A DNA stretch of 64,000 nucleotides from Eledone cirrhosa (Eukaryota), in the NCBI GenBank assembly GCA_964016885.1, contig CAXHJY010000898.1, forward strand, positions 310,001-374,000, read 5' to 3'. Shown here one piece after another: positions 1 through 12,000 of the stretch. The notes beneath the pieces were generated by a model. The model saw nothing but the letters and a program-made list of their open reading frames with translations, was not told the origin of the DNA and did no database searches. Position numbers and translations under genes: made by a program. Within the stretch, counting starts at the first letter, position 1. Each line of letters opens with the position of its first letter.

Positions 1-899
1 TAGGATAGCTTAGGATAGCTTAGCTTAGGATAGCTTAGGATAGCTTAGCTTAGGATAGCTTAGCTTAGGATAGCTTAGCTTAGCTTAGCTTAGGATAGCT
101 TAGCTTAGGATAGCTTAGGATAGCTTAGCTTAGGACAGCTTAGCTTAGGATAGCTTAGCTTAGGATAGCTTAGGATAGCTTAGCTTAGCTTAGCTTAGGA
201 TAGCTTAGCTTAGCTTAGCTTAGGATAGCTTAGCTTAGGTTAGCTTAGCTTAGCTTAGCTTAGGATAGCTTAGCTTAGGATAGCTTAGGATAGCTTAGCT
301 TAGGATAGCTTAGCTTAGGATAGCTTAGGATAGCTTAGCTTAGGATAGCTTAGAATAGCTTAGCTTAGGATAGCTTAGCTTAGGATAGCTTAGGATAGCT
401 TAGCTTAGCTTAGCTTAGGATAGCTTAGCTTAGCTTAGCTTAGGATAGCTTAGCTTAGCTTAGCATAGGATAGCTTAGCTTAGCTTAGCTTAGGATAGCT
501 TAGGATAGCTTAGCTTAGGATAGCTTAGGATAGCTTAGGATAGCTTAGCTTAGCTTAGCTTAGGATAGCTTAGCTTAGCTTAGCTTAGGATAGCTTAGCT
601 TAGCTTAGCTTAGGATAGCTTAGCTTAGCTTAGGATAGCTTAGCTTAGCTTAGCTTAGTATAGCTTAGCTTAGCTTAGCTTAGGATAGCTTAGCTTAGCT
701 TAGGATAGCTTAGCTTAGCTTAGGATAGCTTAGCTTAGCTTAGCTTAGGATAGCTTAGCTTAGCTTAGCTTAGGATAGCTTAGCTTAGCTTAGCTTAGGA
801 TAGCTTAGCTTAGCTTAGCTTAGGATAGCTTAGCTTAGCTTAGCTTAGGATAGCTTAGCTTAGCTTAGCTTAGGATAGCTTAGCTTAGCTTAGCTTAGG

Positions 900-1320
900 A
901 TAGATTAGCTTAGCTTAGGATAGCTTAGCTTAGCTTAGCTTAGGAAAGCTTAGCTTAGCTTAGGATAGCTTAGCTTAGCTTAGCTTAGGAGAGCTTAGCT
1001 TAGCTTAGGATAGCTTAGCTTAGCTTAGCTTAGGATAGCTTAGCTTAGCTTAGCTTAGGTAGCTTAGCTTAGCTTAGCTTAGGATAGCTTAGCTTAGCTT
1101 AGCTTAGGATAGCTTAGGATAGCTTAGCTTAGGATAGCTTAGGATAGCTTACCTTAGGAGAGCTTAGCTTAGGATAGCTTAGCTTAGGATAGCTTAGGAT
1201 AGCTTAGCTTAGGATAGCTTAGCTTAGGATAGCTTAGCTTAGGATAGCTTAGGATAGCTTAGCTTAGCTTAGCTTAGGATAGCTTAGCTTAGCTTAGCTT
1301 AGGATAGCTTAGCTTAGGTT
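900..1320 (+). repeat. Ancestral ~420-bp marker cassette (first copy): TAGAT ... AAGCT ... GAGCT ... TAGG(-A) ... TACCT-TAGGA-GAGCT ... TAGGT
   Basis: Variants at 901, 946, 991, 1056 (1-bp deletion), 1150 and 1315. The same ordered set recurs with the deletion near 3515, 7523, 18340, 20829, 27310, 29524, 34758, 38217, 40641, 44100, 45784, 53383, 55062, 59506 and 62995. Confidence 0.9.
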
Positions 1321-2769
1321 AGCTTAGCTTAGCTTAGCTTAGGATAGCTTAGGATAGCTTAGCTTAGGATAGCTTAGGATAGCTTAGCTTAGGATAGCTT
1401 AGGATAGCTTAGCTTAGGATAGCTTAGCTTAGGATAGCTTAGGATTGCTTAGCTTAGGATAGCTTAGGATAGCTTAGCTTAGGATCGCTTAGGATAGCTT
1501 AGCTTAGCTTAGCTTAGGATAGCTTAGCTTAGCTTAGCTTAGGATAGCTTAGCTTAGCTTAGCTTAGGATAGCTTAGCTTAGCTTAGCTTAGGATAGCTT
1601 AGGATAGCTTAGCTTAGGATAGCTTAGGATAGCTTAGCTTAGGATAGCTTAGCTTAGGATAGCTTAGCTTAGGATAGCTTAGGATAGCTTAGCTTAGGAT
1701 AGCTTAGGATAGCTTAGCTTAGGATAGCTTAGCTTAGGATAGCTTAGCTTAGGATAGCTTAGGATAGCTTAGCTTAGCTTAGCTTAGGATAGCTTAGCTT
1801 AGCTTAGCTTAGGATAGCTTAGCTTAGCTTAGCTTAGGATAGCTTAGCTTAGCTTAGCTTAGGATAGCTTAGGATAGCTTAGCTTAGGATAGCTTAGGAT
1901 AGCTTAGCTTAGGTTAGCTTAGGATAGCTTAGCTTAGGATAGATTAGCTTAGGATAGCTTAGCTTAGGATAGCTTAGGATAGCTTAGCTTAGGATAGCTT
2001 AGGATAGCTTAGCTTAGAATAGCTTAGCTTAGGATAGCTTAGGAAAGCTTAGCTTAGCTTAGCTTAGGATAGCTTAGCTTAGCTTAGCTGAGGATAGCTT
2101 AGCTTAGCTTAGCTTAGGATAGCTTAGGATAGCTTAGCTTAGGATAGCTTAGGATAGCTTAGCTTTGGATAGCTTAGCTTAGGAGAGCTTAGCTTAGGAT
2201 AGCTTAGGATAGCTTAGCTTAGGATAGCTTAGGATAGCTTAGCTTAGGATAGCTTAGCTTAGGATAGCTTAGGATAGCTTAGCTTAGCTTAGCTTAGGAT
2301 AGCTTAGCTTAGCTTAGCTTAGGATAGCTTAGCTTAGCTTAGCTTAGCTTAGGATAGCTTAGCTTAGCTTAGCTTAGGATAGCTTAGGATAGCTTAGCTT
2401 AGGATAGCTTAGGATAGCTTAGCTTAGGATAGCTTAGGATAGCTTAGCTTAGGATAGCTTAGGATAGCTTAGCTTAGGATAGCTTAGCTTAGGATAGCTT
2501 AGCTTAGCTTAGCTTAGGATAGCTTAGCTTAGGATAGCTTAGGATAGCTTAGCTTAGGATAGCTTAGCTTAGGATAGCTTAGGATAGCTTAGCTTAGCTT
2601 AGCTTAGGATAGCTTAGCTTAGCTTAGCTTAGGATAGCTTAGCTTAGCTTAGGATAGCTTAGCTTAGCTTAGCTTAGGATAGCTTAGCTTAGCTTAGCTT
2701 AGGATAGCTTAGCTTAGCTTAGCTTAGGATAGCTTAGCTTAGCTTAGGATAGCTCAGCTTAGCTTAGCT

Positions 2770-3350
2770 TAGGATAGCTTAGCTTAGGTTAGCTTAGGAT
2801 AGCTTAGGATAGCTTAGGATAGCTTAGCTTAGCTTAGCTTAGGATAGCTTAGCTTAGCTTAGCTTAGGATAGCTTAGCTTAGCTTAGCTTAGGATAGCTT
2901 AGCTTAGCTTAGGATAGCTTAGCTTAGCTTAGCTTAGGATAGCTTAGCTTAGCTTAGGATAGCTTAGCTTAGCTTAGCTTAGGATAGCTTAGCTTTGCTT
3001 AGGATAGCTTAGCTTAGCTTAGCTTAGGATAGCTTAGCTTAGCTTAGCTTAGGATAGCTTAGCTTAGGTTAGCTTAGGATAGCTTAGGATAGCTTAGGAT
3101 AGCTTAGCTTAGCTTAGCTTAGGATAGCTTAGCTTAGCTTAGCTTAGGATAGCTTAGCTTAGCTTAGCTTAGGATAGATTAGCTTAGCTTAGGATAGCTT
3201 AGCTTAGCTTAGCTTAGGATAGCTTAGCTTAGCTTAGGATAGCTTAGCTTAGCTTAGCTTAGGATAGCTTAGCTTTGCTTAGGATAGCTTAGCTTAGCTT
3301 AGCTTAGGATAGCTTAGCTTAGCTTAGCTTAGGATAGCTTAGCTTAGCTT
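2770..3350 (+). repeat. ~280-bp tandem duplication
   Basis: AGCTTTGCTT at 2991 and 3271; TAGGT-A-B-A-B-A-B motif at about 2785 and 3065. Confidence 0.75.
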
Positions 3351-6300
3351 AGCTTAGGATAGATTAGCTTAGCTTAGGATAGCTTAGCTTAGCTTAGCTT
3401 AGGAAAGCTTAGCTTAGCTTAGGATAGCTTAGCTTAGCTTAGCTTAGGAGAGCTTAGCTTAGCTTAGGATAGCTTAGCTTAGCTTAGCTTAGGATAGCTT
3501 AGCTTAGCTTAGCTTAGGTAGCTTAGCTTAGCTTAGCTTAGGATAGCTTAGCTTAGCTTAGCTTAGCTTAGGATAGCTTAGCTTAGCTTAGCTTAGGATA
3601 GCTTAGCTTAGCTTAGCTTAGGATAGCTTAGGATAGCTTAGCTTAGGATAGCTTAGGATAGCTTACCTTTGGAGAGCTTAGCTTAGGATAGCTTAGCTTA
3701 GGATAGCTTAGGATAGCTTAGCTTAGGATAGCTTAGCTTAGGATAGCTTAGCTTAGGATAGCTTAGGATAGCTTAGCTTAGCTTAGCTTAGGATAGCTTA
3801 GCTTAGCTTAGCTTAGGATAGCTTAGCTTAGGTTAGCTTAGCTTAGCTTAGCTTAGGATAGCTTAGCTTAGGATAGCTTAGGATAGCTTAGCTTAGGATA
3901 GCTTAGCTTAGGATAGCTTAGCTTAGCTTTGCTTAGGATAGCTTAGCTTAGCTTAGCTTAGGATAGCTTAGCTTAGCTTAGCTTAGGATAGCTTAGCTTA
4001 GCTTAGCTTAGGATAGCTTAGCTTAGCTTAGCTTAGGATAGCTTAGCTTAGGATAGCTTAGCTTAGCTTAGCTTAGGATCGCTTAGCTTAGCTTAGCTTA
4101 GGATAGCTTAGCTTAGCTTAGGATAGCTTAGCTTAGCTTAGCTTAGGATAGCTTAGCTTAGCTTAGGATAGCTTAGGATAGCTTAGCTTAGGAGAGCTTA
4201 GCTTAGCTTAGCTTAGGATAGCTTAGCTTAGCTTAGCTTAGGATAGCTTAGCTTAACTTAGCTTAGGATAGCTTAGCTTAGCTTAGCTTAGGATAGCTTA
4301 GCTTAGCTTAGCTTAGGATAGCTTAGCTTAGCTTAGCTTAGGATAGCTTAGGATAGCTTAGCTTAGGATAGCTTAGGATAGCTTACCTTAGGAGAGCTTA
4401 GCTTAGGATAGCTTAGCTTAGGATAGCTTAGGATAGCTTAGCTTAGGATAGCTTAGCTTAGGATAGCTTAGCTTAGGATAGCTTAGGATAGCTTAGCTTA
4501 GCTTAGCTTAGGATAGCTTAGCTTAGCTTAGCTTAGGATAGCTTAGCTTAGCTTAGCTTAGGATAGCTTAGCTTAGCTTAGCTTAGGATAGCTTAGGATA
4601 GCTTAGCTTAGGATAGCTTAGGATAGCTTAGCTTAGGATAGCTTAGGATAGCTTAGCTTAGGATAGCTTAGCTTAGGATAGCTTAGCTTAGGATAGCTTA
4701 GGATAGCTTAGCTTAGGATAGCTTAGGATAGCTTAGCTTAGGATAGCTTAGCTTAGGATAGCTTAGGATAGCTTAGCTTAACTTAGCTTAGGATAGCTTA
4801 GCTTAGCTTAGCTTAGGATAGCTTAGCTTAGCTTAGCTTAGGATAGCTTAGCTTAGCTTAGCTTAGGATAGCTTAGGATAGCTTAGCTTAGGATAGCTTA
4901 GGATAGCTTAGCTTAGGATAGCTTAGCTTAGCTTAGCTTAGGATAGCTTAGCTTAGCTTAGCTTAGAATAGCTTAGCTTAGGATAGCTTAGCTTAGGATA
5001 GCTTAGCTTAGGATAGCTTAGCTTAGGATAGCTTAGGATAGCTTAGCTTAGGATAGCTTAGGATAGCTTAGCTTAGGATAGCTTAGCTTAGCTTAGCTTA
5101 GGATAGCTTAGCTTAGCTTAGGATAGCTTAGCTTAGCTTAGCTTAGGATAGCTTAGCTTAGGATAGCTTAGGAAAGCTTAGCTTAGCTTAGCTTAGGATA
5201 GCTTAGCTTAGCTTAGCTTAGGATAGCTTAGCTTAGCTTAGGATAGCTTAGCTTAGCTTAGCTTAGGATAGCTTAGCTTAGCTTAGTTTAGGATAGCTTA
5301 GCTTAGCTTAGCTTAGGATAGCTTAGCTTGGCTTAGCTTAGGATAGCTTAGCTTAGCTTAGCTTAGGATAGCTTAGCTTAGGATAGCTTAGCTTAGCTTA
5401 GCTTAGGATAGCTTAGCTTAGCTTAGCTTAGGATAGCTTAGCTTAGGATAGCTTAGCTTAGCTTAGCTTAGGATAGCTTAGCATAGCTTAGCTTAGGATA
5501 GCTTAGCTTAGCTTAGCTTATGATAGCTTAGCTTAGCTTAGCTTAGGATAGCTTAGCTTAGCTTAGCTTAGGATAGCTTAGCTTAGCTTAGCTTAGGATA
5601 GCTTAGCTTAGCTTAGCTTAGGATAGCTTAGCATAGCTTAGCTTAGGATAGCTTAGCTTAGCTTAGCTTAGGATAGCTTAGCTTAGCTTAGGATAGCTTA
5701 GCTTAGCTTGGCTTAGGATAGCTTAGCTTAGCTTGGCTTAGGATAGCTTAGCTTAGCTTAGCTTAGGATAGCTTAGCTTAGGATAGCTTAGGATAGCTTA
5801 GCTTAGCTTAGCTTAGGATAGCTTAGCTTAGTTTAGGATAGCTTAGCTTAGCTTAGCTTAGGATAGCTTAGGATAGCTTAGCTTAGGATAGCTTAGGATA
5901 GCTTAGCTTAGGATAGCTTAGGATAGCTTAGCTTAGGATAGCTTAGGATAGCTTAGGTTAGGATAGCTTAGCTTAGGATAGCTTAGGATAGCTTAGCTTA
6001 GGATAGCTTAGGATAGCTTAGCTTAGGATAGCTTAGGATAGCTTAGCTTAGGATAGCTTAGCTTATGATAGCTTAGGAAAGCTTAGCTTAGCTTAGCTTA
6101 GGATAGCTTAGCTTAGCTTAGCTTAGGATAGCTTAGCTTAGCTTAGCTTAGGATAGCTTAGGATAGCTTAGCTTAGGATAGCTTAGGATAGATTAGCTTA
6201 GGATAGCTTAGCTTAGGATAGCTTAGCTTAGGATAGCTTAGGATAGCTTAGCTTAGGATAGCTTAGGATAGCTTAGCTTAGGTAGCTTAGCTTAGGATAG

Positions 6301-9049
6301 CTTAGGATAGCTTAGCTTAGCTTAGCTTAGGATAGCTTAGCTTAGCTTAGGATAGCTTAGCTTAGCTTAGCTTAGCTTAGGATAGCTTAGCTTAGCTTAG
6401 GATAGCTTAGGATAGCTTAGCTTAGGATAGCTTAGGATAGCTTAGCTTAGGATAGCTTAGGATAGCTTAGCTTAGGATAGCTTAGGATAGCTTAGCTTAG
6501 GATAGCTTAGCTTAGGATAGCTTAGCTTAGCTTAGCTTAGGATAGCTTAGCTTAGGATAGCTTAGGATATCTTAGGTTAGGATAGCTTAGCTTAGGATAG
6601 CTTAGGATAGATTAGCTTAGCTTAGCTTAGGATAGCTTAGCTTAGCTTAGCTTAGGATAGCTTAGCTTAGCTTAGGATAGCTTAGCTTAGCTTAGCTTAG
6701 GATAGCTTAGCTTAGCTTAGCTTAGGATAGCTTAGCTTAGCTTAGGATAGCTTAGCTTAGCTTAGCTTAGGATAGCTTAGCTTAGCTTAGCTTAGGATAG
6801 CTTAGCTTAGGATAGCTTAGCTTAGGATAGCTTAGCTTAGGTTAGCTTAGCTTAGCTTAGCTTAGGATAGCTTAGGATAGCTTAGCTTAGGATAACTTAG
6901 CTTAGCTTAGCTTAGGATAGCTTAGCTTAGCTTAGCTTAGGATAGCTTAGCTTAGCTTAGCTTAGGATAGCTTAGCTTAGGATAGCTTAGGATTGCTTAG
7001 CTTAGCTTAGCTTAGGATAGCTTAGCTTAGCTTAGCTTAGGATAGCTTAGCTTAGCTTAGGATAGCTTAGCTTAGCTTAGCTTAGGATAGCTTAGCTTAG
7101 CTTAGCTTAGGATAGCTTAGCTTAGCTTAGCTTAGGATAGCTTAGGATAGCTTAGGATAGCTTAGCTTAGCTTAGCTTAGGATAGCTTAGCTTAGCTTAG
7201 GATAGCTTAGCTTAGCTTAGCTTAGGATAGCTTAGCTTAGCTTAGGATAGCTTAGCTTAGCTTAGCTTAGGATAGCTTAGCTTAGCTTAGCTTAGGATAG
7301 CTTAGCTTAGCTTAGCTTAGGATAGCTTAGCTTAGCTTAGCTTAGGATAGCTTAGCTTAGCTTAGCTTAGGATAGATTAGCTTAGCTTAGGATAGCTTAG
7401 CTTAGCTTAGCTTAGGAAAGCTTAGCTTAGCTTAGGATAGCTTAGCTTAGCTTAGCTTAGGAGAGCTTAGCTTAGCTTAGCTTAGGATAGCTTAGCTTAG
7501 CTTAGGATAGCTTAGCTTAGCTTAGGTAGCTTAGCTTAGCTTAGCTTAGGATAGCTTAGCTTAGCTTAGCTTAGCTTAGGATAGCTTAGCTTAGCTTAGC
7601 TTAGGAGAGCTTAGCTTAGCTTAGCTTAGGATAGCTTAGGATAGCTTAGCTTAGGATAGCTTAGGATAGCTTACCTTAGGAGAGCTTAGCTTAGGATAGC
7701 TTAGCTTAGGATAGCTTAGGATAGCTTAGCTTAGGATAGCTTAGCTTAGGATAGCTTAGCTTAGGATAGCTTAGGATAGCTTAGCTTAGCTTAGCTTAGG
7801 ATAGCTTAGCTTAGCTTAGCTTAGGATAGCTTAGCTTAGGTTAGCTTAGCTTAGCTTAGCTTAGCTTAGGATAGCTTAGCTTAGGATAGCTTAGGATAGC
7901 TTAGGATAGCTTAGCTTAGGATAGCTTAGCTTAGGATAGCTTAGGATAGCTTAGCTTAGGATAGCTTAGGATAGCTTAGCTTAGGATAGCTTAGCTTAGG
8001 ATAGCTTAGGATAGCTTAGCTTAGCTTAGCTTAGGATAGCTTAGCTTAGCTTAGCTTAGGATAGCTTAGCTTAGCTTAGGATTGCTTAGCTTAGCTTAGC
8101 TTAGGATAGCTTAGGATAGCTTAGCTTAGGATAGCTTAGCTTAGGATAGCTTAGGATAGCTTAGGATAGCTTAGCTTAGCTTAGCTTAGGATAGCTTAGC
8201 TTAGCTTAGCTTAGGATAGCTTAGCTTAGCTTAGCTTAGGATAGCTTAGGTTAGCTTAGGATAGCTTAGCTTAGCTTAGCTTAGGATAGCTTAGCTTAGC
8301 TTAGCTTAGGACAGCTTAGCTTAGCTTAGCTTAGGATAGCTTAGCTTAGCTTAGGATAGCTTAGCTTAGCTTAGCTTAGGATAGCTTAGCTTAGGATAGC
8401 TTAGCTTAGGATAGCTTAGCTTGGGTTAGCTTAGCTTAGCTTAGCTTAGGATAGCTTAGGATAGCTTAGCTTAGGATAGCTTAGCTTAGCTTAGCTTAGG
8501 ATAGCTTAGCTTAGCTTAGCTTAGGATAGCTTAGCTTAGCTTAGCTTAGGATAGCTTAGCTTAGCTTAGCTTAGGATAGCTTAGCTTAGGATAGCTTAGG
8601 ATAGCTTAGCTTAGCTTAGCTTAGGATAGCTTAGCTTAGCTTAGCTTAGGATAGCTTAGCTTAGCTTAGCTTAGGATAGCTTAGCTTAGCTTAGGATAGC
8701 TTAGCTTAGCTTAGCTTAGGATAGCTTAGCTTAGCTTAGCTTAGGATAGCTTAGCTTAGCTTAGCTTAGGATAGCTTAGGATAGCTTAGGATAGCTTAGC
8801 TTAGCTTAGCTTAGGATAGCTTAGCTTAGCTTAGCTTAGGATAGCTTAGCTTAGCTTAGCTTAGGATAGCTTAGCTTAGCTTAGGATAGCTTAGCTTAGC
8901 TTAGGATAGCTTAGCTTAGCTTAGCTTAGGATAGCTTAGCTTAGCTTAGCTTAGGATAGCTTAGCTTAGCTTAGCTTAGGATAGCTTAGCTTAGCTTAGG
9001 ATAGCTTAGCTTAGCTTAGCTTAGGATAGCTTAGCTTAGCTTAGCTTAG

Positions 9050-12000
9050 GATAGCTTAGCTTAGCTTAGCTTAGGATAGATTAGCTTAGCTTAGGATAGC
9101 TTAGCTTAGCTTAGCTTAGGAAAGCTTAGCTTAGCTTAGGATAGCTTAGCTTAGCTTAGCTTAGGATAGCTTAGGATAGCTTAGCTTAGGATAGCTTAGG
9201 ATAGCTTAGCTTAGGATAGCTTAGGATAGCTTAGGTTAGGATAGCTTAGCTTAGGATAGCTTAGGATAGCTTAGCTTAGGATAGCTTAGGATAGCTTAGC
9301 TTAGGATAGCTTAGGATAGCTTAGCTTAGGATAGCTTAGCTTAGGATAGCTTAGGAAAGCTTAGCTTAGCTTAGCTTAGGATAGCTTAGCTTAGCTTAGC
9401 TTAGGATAGCTTAGCTTAGCTTAGCTTAGGATAGCTTAGGATAGCTTAGCTTAGGATAGCTTAGGATAGCTTAGCTTAGGATAGCTTAGCTTAGGTTAGC
9501 TTAGCTTAGGATAGCTTAGGATAGCTTAGCTTAGGATAGCTTAGGATAGCTTAGCTTAGGATAGCTTAGCTTAGCTTAGCTTAGGATAGCTTAGCTTAGC
9601 TTAGCTTAGGATAGCTTAGCTTAGCTTAGCTTAGCTTAGCTTAGCTTAGCTTAGGATAGCTTAGGATAGCTTAGCTTAGGATAGCTTAGGATAGCTTAGC
9701 TTAGGATAGCTTAGCTTAGGATAGCTTAGCTTAGCTTAGCTTAGGATAGCTTAGCTTAGGATAGCTTAGGATAGCTTAGCTTAGGATAGCTTAGCTTAGG
9801 ATAGCTTAGGATAGCTTAGCTTAGCTTAGCTTAGGATAGCTTAGCTTAGCTTAGCTTAGGATAGCTTAGCTTAGCTTAGGATAGCTTAGCTTAGCTTAGC
9901 TTAGGATAGCTTAGCTTAGCTTAGCTTAGGATAGCTTAGCTTAGGATAGCTTAGGATAGCTTAGCTTAGCTTAGCTTAGGATAGCTTAGCTTAGCTTAGC
10001 TTAGGATAGCTTAGCTTAGCTTAGGATAGCTTAGCTTAGCTTAGCTTAGGATAGCTTAGCCTAGCTTAGCTTAGGATAGCTTAGCTTAGCTTAGCTTAGG
10101 ATAGCTTAGCTTAGGATAGCTTAGGATAGCTTAGCTTAGCTTAGCTTAGGATAGCTTAGCTTAGCTTAGGATAGCTTAGCTTAGCTTAGGATAGCTTAGC
10201 TTAGCTTAGCTTAGGATAGCTTAGCTTAGCTTAGCTTAGGATAGCTTAGCTTAGGTTAGCTTAGGATAGCTTAGGATAGCTTAGGATAGCTTAGCTTAGC
10301 TTAGCTTAGCTTAGGATAGCTTAACTTAGCTTAGGATAGCTTAGCTTAGCTTAGCTTAGGATAGCTTAGCTTAGCTTAGCTTAGGATAGCTTAGCTTAGC
10401 TTAGCTTAGGATAGCTTAGCTTAGCTTAGCTTAGGATAGCTTAGCTTAGCTTAGCTTAGGATAGCTTAGCTTAGCTTAGCTTAGAATAGCTTAGCTTAGG
10501 ATAGCTTAGCTTAGGATAGCTTAGGATAGCTTAGCTTAGGATAGCTTAGGATAGCTTAGCTTAGGATAGCTTAGCTTAGCTTAGCTTAGGATAGCTTAGC
10601 TTAGCTTAGGATAGCTTAGCTTAGCTTAGCTTAGGATAGCTTAGCTTAGGATAGCTTAGGAAAGCTTAGCTTAGCTTAGCTTAGCTTAGCTTAGCTTAGC
10701 TTAGCTTAGGATAGCTTAGCTTAGCTTAGGATAGTTTAGCTTAGCTTAGCTTAGGATAGCTTAGCTTAGCTTAGCTTAGGATAGCTTAGCTTAGCTTAGC
10801 TTAGGATAGCTTAGCTTAGCTTAGGATAGCTTAGCTTAGCTTAGCTTAGGATAGCTTAGCTTAGCTTAGGATAGCTTAGCTTAGCTTAGCTTAGGATAGC
10901 TTAGCTTAGCTTAGCTTAGGATAGCTTAGCTTAGGATAGCTTAGCTTAGCTTAGGATAGCTTAGCTTAGCTTAGCTTAGGATAGCTTAGCTTAGCTTAGC
11001 TTAGGATAGCTTAGCTTAGCTTAGCTTAGTATAGCTTAGCTTAGCTTAGCTTAGGATAGCTTAGCTTAGCTTAGCTTAGGATAGCTTAGCTTAGCTTAGC
11101 TTAGGATAGCTTAGCTTAGCTTAGCTTAGGATAGCTTAGCTTAGCTTAGCTTAGGATAGCTTAGCTTAGCTTGGCTTAGGATAGCTTAGCTTAGCTTGGC
11201 TTAGGATAGCTTAGCTTAGCTTAGCTTAGGATAGCTTAGCTTAGCTTAGCTTAGCTTAGCTTAGCTTAGGATAGCTTAGCTTAGCTTAGCTTAGCTTAGG
11301 ATAGCTTAGCTTAGCTTAGCTTAGCTTAGGATAGCTTAGCTTAGCTTAGCTTAGCTTAGCTTAGGATAGCTTAGCTTAGCTTAGCTTAGGATAGCTTAGC
11401 TTAGTTTAGGATAGCTTAGCTTAGCTTAGCTTAGGATAGCTTAGGATAGCTTAGCTTAGGATAGCTTAGGATAGCTTAGCTTAGGATAGCTTAGGATAGC
11501 TTAGCTTAGGATAGCTTAGCTTAGGATAGCTTAGGATAGCTTAGCTTAGCTTAGCTTAGCTTAGCTTAGGATAGCTTAGCTTAGCTTAGGATAGCTTAGC
11601 TTAGCTTAGGATAGCTTAGCTTAGCTTAGCTTAGGATAGCTTAGCTTAGCTTAGCTTAGGATAGCTTAGCTTAGGTTAGCTTAGGATAGCTTAGGATAGC
11701 TTAGGATAGCTTAGCTTAGCTTAGCTTAGCTTAGGATAGCTTAACTTAGCTTAGGATAGCTTAGCTTAGCTTAGCTTAGGATAGCTTAGCTTAGCTTAGC
11801 TTAGGATAGCTTAGCTTAGCTTAGCTTAGGATAGCTTAGCTTAGCTTAGCTTAGGATAGCTTAGCTTAGCTTAGCTTAGGATAGCTTAGCTTAGCTTAGC
11901 TTAGAATAGCTTAGCTTAGGATAGCTTAGCTTAGGATAGCTTAGGATAGCTTAGCTTAGGATAGCTTAGGATAGCTTAGCTTAGGATAGCTTAGCTTAGC

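Larger units (their letters stand above)
1..4900 (+). repeat. Dispersed paralog of the ~17.3-22.9 kb and ~26.3-31.6 kb blocks
   Basis: TAGAA 351 vs 17635 and TACCT 1150 vs 18434 both give offset 17284. The GATCG, CTTTGG, CTCAG and CTTTGC variants follow in the same order. Confidence 0.8.
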
